A stretch of DNA of 51,517 nt, counting the filler, from Thelocarpon superellum (lineage: Eukaryota): the NCBI GenBank assembly GCA_026025795.1. It is 2 parts of 2 records of this genome, joined end to end, with 100 filler letters (N's around TTAATTAATTAA, not from the genome) between each part and the next. Parts side by side here need not be neighbours in the genome. Positions count along the whole stretch, not along the records: positions 25,862 to 51,517 come from JAPEUG010000266.1; 1 more part is not named here. One strand, 5' to 3'. Under the pieces are notes generated by a model. It was not told where the DNA came from. It did no database searches and saw nothing but the letters and a program-made list of their open reading frames with translations. Below, piece by piece: positions 34,424 through 45,450 of this stretch; position 1 is the first letter of the stretch; the number at the start of each line of letters is the position of its first letter. The translations under genes and the position numbers were made by a program.

Positions 34424-36734
34424 TCAACGCTTTCGGCCCCTGACGCTCAACGGGCCCTTGTCCCCCATCCCCAGCGCTCTGCGACAGTCGGGACAGTACC
34501 ATTTCGTCGTGCGACCGGGGGTGTCTTCGAGACCGACGCATTCGAGATGGAACCATTCGCGCTCGCACTGGAACAGAAGATCATCGAGTCAGCATGGGGC
34601 CAGGGATGGAGAAGAGACGGGGCAGAAGCAGGCTACTCACGTCGTTGTTCTCGCACGCAATCATGGTGCCGAAACTGACGTCGCCGCACACGCAGTAGGT
34701 GGGTTCGTTGGGATCGATGGGCATGTTGTCGCTGTCGGATTCCTCCTTCTCCGCCTTCTCCTGCGCCTGCTTCGATCCGCCCTTGCGCCGTGGTGGCGCC
34801 TTTCTCGTGCCAACGCTCACGGCTGCTCCGCCTTCCGCGCTCTCTTTGACGAGGCCGGGCACGGGACGTCGGGATCTGCGCACCGCTGGACGCGTGGGCA
34901 AGGCTGGCTCGTTCAGCTTGATGCTGATGGTGCTGGCGCGGCGCGGACGGTCACGGCCGACGGTGCCGGGGGTGTTGGTGGGCGTAGCGGTGGAGAAGCG
35001 GGAGCCTCGGCGAGATGCTTGGGCGTGCGCGTGTGCGTCGCCAGAGCCAGCCTCTGGCTTGACGGACGTGCGGCGCGCATGGCTGGTGGGTGCTGCGGTG
35101 GTAGCTTTCTTGTCTGCCGAGGGCGTGGAGGCCTCGTCGCTTCCTGGGGCAGCTAAGGAGACCTTGGCCGTTGTGGAGGCCGTGGAAGCGGCAGGCGCCT
35201 CGCGCTTCCGCTTCTTGTCCTTGGCCTCCGCCGTCGGAGCGATGCCGTCGGAGCTCCGCGAGTCGTCCCGCTTCCGCTTTCTCGACGGCGTGGTCGAGTC
35301 GCGGCCACGGCCTCTTCCGGTGCTGGGACTCAGGATGAGACTCTCGTCTCCTTCTTCGCCCCGTCGAAAGATGGCCTTGAGGGCACTGCCGGAGTCGGCT
35401 AGGCGGCGGGCAGCCTCCTCGGCTTCGACGGCGGCCTGGGCGGCCTGCTCCTTCTGCTGGTTCTCTTTCTTGAGCTTCTTGGCCTCGTTGAGCTTCATCC
35501 CGCGGTTGCTGAGTTGCAGCTCCTCCATGCCCAACGAGTCCACGCTGATCTCTCCTTCCTCGAGCTCCTTCTTCTCCCCGAGCCGCGCGTTCTCCGCGAT
35601 GTTGGCGTGGTCGACAAACGGCTCCCCCGTCGCATCCGATCGAGCCTTGGCGGCGTGGTAGTTGTCGGGCCCGCGGCCCAGGTCGGCGAGCTCCCGCCGG
35701 ATCATCGTCTCGCTGGGGTTCCACACCGCATTCTTCTTCATCCGCTTCCGGAGCTTGGCCATCTCGTAGGGGGTCAGCTTCAGCCACGGGGCGTCTTCGC
35801 TCCCAGCCACCGCGTTCTCCGGCGGTTTCTTCAAGAGCGCGAGCGCATTGCTGGTCGAGATGCCTGCGACGGCACTATGAACGTTGGTGCCCATCGCCCC
35901 CGGCGGTCGCCGGCTGCCCGCGGGGTTGGGAAGCTTGAGCTTAGGGAGCTTCGGCAGCTTGGGGCCCTTGGGGGCCTTGGGGATCTTGGGGATCTTGTAG
36001 CTTGCGGCGTTGTGCTTGCGATCCCGCCGCGAGTGACCAGCGCCGCGAGACTCCGCCACTGGCATGGGCGACGGAGGCAGCGATTGCCATTCCGAGTCCG
36101 ACGACACGGGCGAGTCAAGGGTTGGTGGGGGTAGCACTTCGCCGGGAACCGTGATGCGTCGATGTCGACGCTTGTCCCTCTGTCCTTGCGCACTTGGTCG
36201 GGCCGCATTCGCGGAGCGCGCCCCATCGAGGCGGAGGGTGATTCGCGGCAAGGGGACGTCGTCGGCATCGGATCGTCGGCGACCGCCTTGCCGGAATCGT
36301 GGAGAGGTGGTGGACGGCGGGACGGGGGTGGGATCGCGCGAGGGAGGCTGCGGAAGGTCTCGAAGTTTCGAGATGATGCTGCTCAGACGGTTGAAGTGGC
36401 GGTCGACGACATCGTAGAGGCGCGAGGCCTCAGCATAGGCCGACTCGCGCGTGCTGATGGCGCGCGTGAGGTGCCGCGAGATCTGACGGCGGATGTCCTG
36501 CGGCTCGGGACGGACGTCGACCGGGATGGACGGGAGGGTGCCATAGGTCTTGGTGAGATGATGCAAGGCCGAGGAGGACTCGAGGTACGTTTCGTCGAGC
36601 TTGCGCACGAGGGTCAAGGAGCGGATGAGATCGGAAGGGAGGTATTCCGTGTAGTCGAGGAAGTCGGTCACGGTGGCCTGCGCATCGGGATCCGACGGCG
36701 CAAGCACCGTCATCTCACTCAACGCGTCCGACAT
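34424..36734 (-). CDS. Long ING-family PHD-finger chromatin protein (about 745 aa)
   Basis: Exons 36734-34641 and 34567-34424. N-terminal ING-like helix [20 protein letters not shown]-terminal [45 protein letters not shown]. Confidence 0.9.
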
Positions 36735-37847
36735 GGACGACCGGTCAGGCGGCGGTGCCGCCGCGGACCAAGAGAGTCAAGACTCGATGTGTTGATCAGG
36801 GGTGGGCGCACTGTCTCGTTCAGAGGCGCGCATCACTGGAAGCAAAGCAGAGGCTGCCTTGAAAGCGTCGTGGGAGGCACTGCGAGGCAATGGATCACGA
36901 TCGCGATATGCCATCAACGCCGGTGTTCAACGCTAGTCGCACACTTGTGTGGTCCTGCCCAACATGCGGAAGCTAACGCTTTTGGGCGCTCGCTTGTGCT
37001 TACGCGCACGTTTGCTTACGTGAATCACACATCATACAGCACACAGCAATAATACAGTGGTTTTGTGAGAGATCTGTAACACTAACATACCAGGACCACG
37101 ACCCCGCCGCTTCCACTCAGTCACGCAAGTACTCAGGCTCAGAGCGAGAGCTACCAACGCATCTGTGTTACTGGCAGACATGACGTCAGGAAGGCTTCCA
37201 TGACATCTAGGTGATTTGCTGTAACTGTTTACGATTGGGCTATTAAGTCAAGTGAGACAACCGACACAGCTCTTCGTGCCTCCATGTAACCATCAGCTCT
37301 TACCAGCCAGTGACGGGCTCGACAGGTTCATGCTAAAAGACTTCTGCTGGATATTGGCCTACGTGTCATTCGCGCTCTCCATCCCACTTCGTGGCCATGC
37401 TCTCTTGCCGAGATCCTATCTTTGACAAGCATCTTGCACTTCTCACTTTCCACTCCCATACGAACTCCGTACAACCAGTCCAAGTTTGCCTTGACCTAGC
37501 CTGCCAGTGCGAGATGACTTAATCAAACACGGCGTGACACTCCTCTGTCGTGCTGAACCACTCCGCTTGAAGCCATCAGGTTGCATCTGCTGCGGAAAGC
37601 GGAAAGTGCTTCGAACAGGGACCTGACCCGACGCAGCTGTCACGATTGGCAAAATCGAAAGGGTCCATTGGGGGGACGAACTTCCTGTCCGAGCCGTTCA
37701 CGGAGAGGAGCGACATTGTGATCGAACTCGCGCAACTGGTGAGACTTCTGCGTGAGAGTCACCAAGCCAGGCACTAACAACACACCATCACACTTTGAAG
37801 AAAACAAGCCAGCACATCCTTCTACGGCATCTGCGCGCGCAGAAGAT

Positions 37848-39630
37848 ATGATCCAACCACAGCCACCCGCGACTATGGAGGCAATGGGGTTTCCCCTCGC
37901 CCCTGCCGAATCTCCAGAGCAGGAGCTCATATCGATTCACCACCTGGGATGGCTCTCCGAAGTGAACGACACCTTTTGCCCGCTCAAGGCCGTGCAGAAG
38001 TATCCCTACAAGCACCTCAGCAAGGCGCTCAAAGGTCCCGTTTCAGATGCGTTCTTTGCTGGAGGCAAATTCTGGAAGCGACATTGGAACATGTGAGTGA
38101 TGCCGTGTTATTCCAAGAGACGTGGACTGATGTCGTTTATCCCCGTGGCGATGCGATCGGTTCTGACGGTTCACCCTGCGCAGATACTACGTGTATCCCC
38201 CACAATTCACCGACACAAAGCCTCTTCTCTTGCTCCCGGCCCATCAGGTGGACGCTTTCTTCGAGTTGATCAACACGAAACTTAGGACGCGCCTCCACTT
38301 CCCCGAACCCTCCGAAGAGCCTGGCTTTCTCCTGCACTTTAGCGACGACGGCACGCCACGACCACGCTTTCTTGGCCGCTGCAACTCCAAGGCTGGCTTC
38401 GAAGAACTAGAGATGATGATGCCTTCGGAAGATTTCCAGCCAGAGCCTAACCAGGCGAGTGGGATCCAGCCCTCGGAACGTTCTCGCGAGGCCTGGCGTC
38501 GCAAGATGGAACATGCCATCAACGCTACGAAGAACAAGAAGCAGGCCGTGCGCAATAAGAAGCGCGAGGAGCGATACAAACGCCAGCGTCGTTGGGGTCA
38601 ACAGCTGAAGCGCGCCCAGCGCTACCTGGGACTTCGATCTCGGCGCGACGATGTCGATGCTTTGCCCCTCGCTTCCTTGTCCGTCAACGCCGACTCCCAT
38701 CAAACCTCCGCCGACTCCGTTCAGGCCTCCACCGGCGGGGATCCATGCATCAACGGCGAGCTGACCGGAACGGCTGCCCACTCCGCGGGAGGGGAGACTA
38801 GCCCTCAATGCTTGGATCTGGACCGGCCCGCGCCGTTTGCCTGCGAGTCGGACGTCGTCATCATTTGCGTGGACATCGAGTCCTACGAGCGCAACCACGA
38901 TCTGATCACGGAGATCGGCGTCGCTACCCTTGACACTCTCGATCTTGCCGGCGTCCCCATTGGACAAGAGGCAATGAACTGGATGGAGAAGATCCGAGTC
39001 CGCCATTTCCGCATCCTGGAGAACGCGCATCTGAAAAACAAAAAGTACCTGACCGGATGCCCCGAAAATTTCGAGTTTGGCGAGAGTGAGTGGGTTTCGA
39101 TCAAGGATGCGGCGCAGGCACTGGCGTCGTGTTTCCAGGATCCATTCTCGCGCTCCGATCTCATCGATACCCGCGTCACGACTCCGACGAAGCGAAACAT
39201 CGTGTTGCTCGGGCACGACACCCAAACGGATATCAACTACATGCGCAAGGTGGGCTACAATCCTCTGAACAACCCGGCGCTCCTCGAAGTCCTGGACACG
39301 GCCGCGCTGTACCAGTTCCACACACGCGACGTGCAACCGCGCCAGCTCGGTATGATCATGTACGACCTGGACCTGATCGCGTGGCATCTGCACAACGCCG
39401 GCAACGACGCGGCGTACACGCTGCAAGCGATGATTGGGATCTGTCTGCGCGACGTCCAAGGCACGGGAACCAGCAAGGCGGCGCGCGAGCAGCTGGCGGC
39501 CGTACGATTAGAAGACGCCCTCGACGCTGCCGGGCAGCAGACGCTCGACGAGAATGGTGGCTGGAGCTCGGCCGGGGACGGGACTGACGGCGGAGACCCC
39601 GAGCCTCCGGTCCTACCTCCCTCCCCCTAG
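37848..39630 (+). CDS. qip: QDE-2-interacting protein (QIP)/Gfd2-YDR514C-like DEDDh 3'-5' exonuclease
   Basis: Exons 37848-38092 and 38184-39630. The start is uncertain; an upstream intron-like GTGAGA..ACTAAC near 37739-37778 suggests an extra exon. Motifs ICVDIESYE..ITEIG, GCPENFEFG.SE, LGHD..TD, HNAGNDA; N-terminal FCP..AV.KYPYK..FF..GKFW. Confidence 0.8.
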
Positions 39631-39655
39631 ATCCCTGGCCTGCTGTGTGCTTGGA

Positions 39656-39982
39656 TCAGTGGGTGTTTGTGTGTAGGTGAGATCCGTGGATGTGTGGCTT
39701 GGAGCGCAGGGACGGTGGCTTGATGAGTGCGTCTGACGCAAGGCGGGATTGCGTGGTTCGTTCCAGCGCGTCTGCTGCCGGCGGGATGGGCTCCACGAGT
39801 GCGTCCGATGCAAGGCGGGATTGCGTGGTTCGTTCCAGCGCGTCTGCTGCCGGCGGAGACCTGGGCTTCGAGAGGCGACCAAGACACGACGGATGGGATG
39901 GAGAAGTGAGCTGGAGGAGACTAGGAGAGTAGAGCAGGGCAGACAGGCATAGGAGTGCCCACAACAAACGCCGCAAAGGCAT
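39656..39982 (-). CDS. Candidate 108-aa secreted protein with a duplicated 20-aa unit
   Basis: MPLRRLLWALLCLSALLYSP signal-like N-terminus; PPAADALERTTQSRLASDAL x2. Both repeat mismatches are synonymous in this frame. Confidence 0.35.
   Translation of the reverse strand: MPLRRLLWALLCLSALLYSPSLLQLTSPSHPSCLGRLSKPRSPPAADALERTTQSRLASDALVEPIPPAADALERTTQSRLASDALIKPPSLRSKPHIHGSHLHTNTH
39725..39856. repeat. Two 60-bp direct repeats, 72-bp period, 2 mismatches
   Basis: 39725-39784 versus 39797-39856 differ only at gtcTgaCg / gtcCgaTg. Confidence 0.92.
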
Positions 39983-40741
39983 TCTCACCACCGCGTCTGC
40001 GTATCTATGGTATCGTGACCGGCGCGCGACGACTATTGACCTTGCTCCTGCTCGGCCATGATCACGAACATCTACGATGTCTTCACCGTCGTAGGATTCC
40101 TTCCCAGCGGTCTCCAAAGGGAGCAGAGGGAGCAGAGGCAGCAACGTGCACTTTTTAGTGCAAGTTTAAGTGCAAGTGCAAGTGCAAGGTGTAAGACTTT
40201 TATGTACACCTGACGACCAACCAAGAGAAAAATAGAAATCCGTAGACACCGAGGCGGCCGAAGGACCGTCAAGGACACCGAACCCCCACCCAGAGAGAAT
40301 CGGAAGCAATTAAGAAGGGAGTCCAAATCGGTGGGACTCCGGAGACGGCTGATATCCATCCATTCGCCCGACTGGTCACACCAGTGAAGAAGGAAAAAAG
40401 ATCAACATCCATCCAATCACCCGGTCCCGCCTGCAGCATGCATCCAAAATTCCACACTGCATTCCCGCCGTATTACTCTCTAGTGATCAAGTATCCACCC
40501 TTCCCCAGCACACGAGCGAGTAAGCCACCGTCAAGATCCATGGAGAGGAGGGAAGAGGTAAAGGATGATCCGAGCCTCCTGATGAAAACGTGAACGAAGA
40601 TGCCAAGACCCGATGGATGGGTTGAATCCTTTTTGGATCGGACCACAGGCACACCGCCACGTCTCCATTCGATGGGAAGCGCCTTCGTCTGTCCATGGGT
40701 CTCTTGGCGGACGGAACAACGCACGAAGCCGATGGAAGGGC

Positions 40742-43110
40742 TTAGGCTGTGGCGTTTGTCATGTTGGAGTGAAAGGAGCCGATAGGTTCGAAGCCTCTGT
40801 GCGGTGCATTAGCTCTCGTTTCTTCGACGGCATTCACCAAGGATAGACCGACCGAGCGAGATCAATTCCGCCACCGCCACCGCCACTGCCACTGCCACCG
40901 CCACCGCCACTGCCACCGCCGCCACCTCCAACCTCCTCGACCCCCTCTGTCTCATCGTGAGCCGCCTTATCCTCCACCTTGACTTCAGGCTTCTCCTCGG
41001 GCTTTTCCGCCTCGACCTTCACCGGTCGTGGCTGGGCGGCCTTTGACGGACTGGCGGGGTCCTTTCGCCCAATGGCGGCTGGCGGGCTGCTGCTCTGCGG
41101 CAGGCCGGGCCCGATGCTCTTGGAAGGGCTGAGGTCCGCCATCGGCCTCGCCGGCGTACTGCCGAGGTCGACATACTTCCAGAACGGGGCCGGCGAGCTG
41201 GTGGGCATGTACGTGGAGGGGACTTGCGCCGTCGATGGGGGGGCAAGTCGAGGATGTTGTCGTCGAGGGGCCGGGGTGATCATCGGTTGACCATCGTCCA
41301 GGTACGCCGAGGAGGAGAGCGTCGGCGGCGAGCCCGTCACGTTCTCCGAGAGTCCGTACGTGCCCATCATCGCATCACGCGTGCGTGATGGAGGCAAGGG
41401 ACTGCCGTCGTCGAAGTCATGCGAGCTGCGGTCGGCGGCCCGACGCGACAATGACATCCTCGATCCGCGGTCCGGCGTGTACGCTTCCTTGGCGGCGACG
41501 GGGTAGGACGACAGTGGCGGAGGCGTGACCGACGTGGACGAATGCTTGACGCGAGTCTCATCGGGTCCCGCGCCGTAACCCGCCTGGCCGCTGCTGTTGG
41601 GCACCACCGAGGCTTCCTTGGTGGCAGGCGAGCTGGGCGCGGACGATCCACGATTGCCGCCCTTGCCCGTGGGCCGAGTGCCGCGCTTATTGAACTCGTC
41701 GCGGTGCTGGGGCACGATCTGCCACTTCATGCCCTTGCCGGGTTCATCGGTCCGTCGCGGAATCTTCTCAAAGGCCTTGTTGAGGGACAGGTTGTGCCGA
41801 ATCGAATTCTAGCCTGGGTGAGCCTGATATCCAAGCAGAAGGCGCGGGGGAAGAAAACGTACCTGCCAGCCGGATTGAGAGTGTCGGTAGAAGGAATACT
41901 TCTCCATAATCCAACCGTAGATATTGTTCAGCGTCAGTTTCTCTTCGTCACTCGCCAGGATGGCCTGTCCGATCATGGTGGCGTAGCTGTACGGTGGCTT
42001 CAGATCCTTGGCCGAGTCCAGGCTGTAGTCAATCTCCTCGGTCGATTCGAGCATCATGCCGCGATTGTAGGCCGGCGATTGCTTTGGTCGACCGTCCACG
42101 TCGCTCCCCCGCATGCCGACAGGTGTACTCTGGCGCTTGTAGTCCGGTGGGGCCGGGGCCAAAGGCACGGGACCCGAGGATCCGTAGTGCATCAGGCCGC
42201 CTGGCGGCTGGGGGGACGACGACCGCGGTGCGGGCCCAGCTTCGGGATGAGCATGGCCGTGGCCATATGATGCTCCGTTCTCGTCATTGCCCACCTGGCC
42301 GCGAACCTTTTGCAAGAAGATGGGGTGGATGTGCGGGCCGTCATCCGGGGTGACGAACATCATCTGCGTGCCTCCAATCTCCAAGACATCGCCGCTCCGT
42401 AGGTCGAGGGAGGCGCCGCGCTTGAGGGATTGGTCATTCACCCGCACGCCATTTCTTCCATTGACGGATATGCGCCAGCTCGTGGGGCCATCGGAGCGAT
42501 ACTCGATCATGGCATGCTGCCTCGACACGAGCTTGCTGGGGCCGAGATCGATATGCACGATCGAGTCGGGATTGTCGGCGCCGGGACTGGATTGCGGAGG
42601 GTGCGAGGGATCGTAGGCGGGTTGGATCGGGTCGGGGGGCCGTCCGATGTTGACCTTCAGGGACTTGACATAGTAGGTCCAGTTTACGCCGGACACCTTG
42701 GCGTACGCTTGCACTCCATTCTTGTATTCGCGCTCGAGCTTCGAGTTCGCGTGGTCGATGGCCACCTTGACCTGCTCGGGCGCGGTGGTGAAGCTGGCGA
42801 CGACAGCGTTGATCAAAGCCTCAGGGCCGCTAATGGCCTCATCCGGTGCCTGGCCCTCCCCATTTTGGCGGGTCGAGGAGTCCTCGGCCGACCCGGGTTC
42901 TGCCGGATCGACGGTATCAGTCTGCGGGAGCACGTCAGCCGCAACCTGGGGAAGAGCAGCGAGGGTGTGGCGAGCGGTGGGGGAGTGCTGTACCCGTCTT
43001 CGCTTTCTCGCCGGTCGCGACGGAGAGGAATCTAGGAGGGTCGGGTCGGATGCGTCGTGGGTGTCGACATCCCTGCGGGTTCGCGTCCGGCGAGCGGATG
43101 ACGGAGGCAT
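40742..43110 (-). CDS. FKH2: FHA + forkhead transcription factor (Fkh1/Fkh2/Sep1 type)
   Basis: Exons 43110-42994, 42921-41863, 41808-40853, 40796-40742. [36 protein letters not shown]. Forkhead: [34 protein letters not shown]. Poly-Gly (GCCACC repeats) near the C-terminus. The FKH1/FKH2 distinction is not meaningful outside yeasts. Confidence 0.92.
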
Positions 43111-44542
43111 GGTGGGCGTGGGTTGTCGCCGCCCCTGGAATAATCTGCGCTAAGATTTTCGACGATCAGTGATTGCTTTCGACGATGCACCGTCTAAACG
43201 TCCGCGGTTGCGTCCATGGACGAGTCTAGATGCCGGAGGCGGTGGAGCAGGCGCAGGGTGCAGTGTGCAGAGTCCAGTGTGCAGAGGAGAGTGTGCAGAA
43301 GGCAATGTTGACACCAGGCCAACTTTGGCGAGCGGTCGGGCGGGCGAAAGAGCAAATAGCGGAGGTGAGTGAATGATGTGAACTTACGGCCGGTGCGCCT
43401 TAACCAGGACGGTCAGTCTGGGGAAGGGGCTATCACTTCTGATGATGATGATGGTGATGAAAACAATGACAAGGGAAGAGTCGTCGCGATCACTGCCAAA
43501 GGGGAAGGAGATGTGCCGACGAGAATTTGAGGTGGTGGACGTGGGTGTTGAGGGCGAGCTGGATTCGGCAGTACGAGTGCAACAGTCCCCGAGCGGCGAC
43601 GCGAAGGGAAGAGCGAGTGCGCGTGAGCGTGACCGTGAGCGTGAGCGACGGGCGCACGCGATGATGCGTTGCAACACTCAAGCCCTCAGTGGCGCATTCG
43701 ACGCTTCGATTACAAAGCCCAAATCCCGAGGATAATGTTTCCCTGCATCTCGCACCTTGGATGAAGACAGAAGTCGTTGAGGCCGCAGGCGTCGGTCCGC
43801 GGACAGGTAAAATCACTGCGCAACCCGGCTGGGTCTACAATGGTTTGTCGAGTAGTTATGGACAAGGTCAATCACCGGAAGCGTACAGTCCTCGTCCCAA
43901 ATCGCTTCGGCTGCTCCTATTGGTCTGTTCCTTGATCGTGACCACGACGACAACACTAAGCCAATGCGAGAAGGCAAGGGAGCCAATGCTCGTCACGGCG
44001 CCGCGTTACTTGTCATTCGCACACAAAACCTGGACTTGCAGGAGCACAGCGGCTCTCAGGGGTCTTGACCGTTCTGGCCATCCACCGGTTTGTCTAATGT
44101 CACCACCACGATGCGTCCCCGGTGGGTGTGAAGATGCAGCCGATTGCGAGGCTCGCTTGCTCAACAAGGTGCTGCACCCAAGTCGGGGGAAAGACACAAG
44201 TATGCCCTTCCATGTGTTCGTGGCAGGCGATCTCTGATGGTGTGTCTTGGGGAGCCTCCGCTCGAGCCACCCAGCGGCTCTGACCAAGCTTGCAGGTACG
44301 ATGTACCAACTTGGAACCCGCGATCTCGGCCCCGACTCTGCTGTCTTCGTCGAGCGGAAAGTTCATGGCGATTAGCGGTTCAAACCTGGATGGAGCGATT
44401 GTTTACGGACCAGTGGGAAAGGTGGCTCAAGGTGGCCAATGAGTTAGACGTTGTAAGCGCGGTGCGCATCCTTAAACAAGCTGGAGTAACGTCATATGGT
44501 ACGTGATTTGACATCCGTCGCACTGGGACGAACATTAAGAGC

Positions 44543-44744
44543 CACGTGACCGTACAAGGTTCCCAGGTATCTACGAGGCCCAAGTCATCCGTGGTCCAAG
44601 GTCCGGTACCGGTTGACAGTACTACTGGTGTAGGAGCGCGCACGTGATATGGTCACGTGCCTACTCCTATTACTTTCCCGACTACGCGTAGATTAGCAAT
44701 TCAGCTCTGATTCCTACACTTGTAACATACCAACTGCACGTGAT
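44543..44744. promoter_or_regulatory. Cluster of four RTCACGTG bHLH E-box sites in the forkhead/ASG1 divergent promoter
   Basis: CACGTG at 44543, 44641, 44654 and 44737, each extended to RTCACGTG on one strand. The middle two form GCACGTGA-tatgg-TCACGTGC. Confidence 0.7.
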
Positions 44745-45450
44745 CCACATACCGATAGGTCATCGTTCTCGTCCTCTTGGTCGACGTCGACCTCGACACT
44801 CCCACGCTAATCCAAGCACCACATGGATGGCTTGTCGTCGTCCCGTACTCTGTAAGTGAACTAATGGTCGGCACCACAGCGCGCCTAGCAATGACATGGT
44901 TGATCGGTGGATGACCCATGTCATGCCGCTGCCTCGAGCATGTGTACGAGTATAAGAGCGGTGCGGGATGGTACCAAGTAGACGAAGGAAGCCACAGTTT
45001 GGGTGGGGAGCAGCGACAGCGGACAGCGGACAGCGAAAGGCGAAAGGCGAAATGCGAAACGCAATTGTCAGCACCGACTAAGGCCGCCGCCCACTGGCGA
45101 TGGCGAGACTGGCGATGATCCAAATGACGCCAGCGACCAGAGTGACTCTGGCCGTCGTTGGAGCCCTCTGTACACTACTCCGTCCCTATCGCGCGGGACA
45201 GACTAGTAACTAGTTACCTGCATACTTGCACTGCGTGCTTGCAGTGTGCATACTGATGCCGTTGTCAGTAAATCCGTCACCCGCGACTACGTACGAGTAC
45301 CATCGTAGTCGGCCCAAGAGCCCTGCCCCCGGTGCACCAGCCAGGCCCTAGGGCAACGTTCCAGAGACCAGAGATCGCATCGGTGCTCACGTCGCGCCTC
45401 TTCGCCCCCCTCTCTCGTCCATCGGGAGCGTCCATGCACCCCCGCACGAC

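Noticed and set aside
34699..37052. Long + strand ORFs (320 aa, 296 aa) and similar antisense ORFs over qip, forkhead and DBP8
   Set aside because: Shadow ORFs opposite real GC3-rich genes, with no family motifs.
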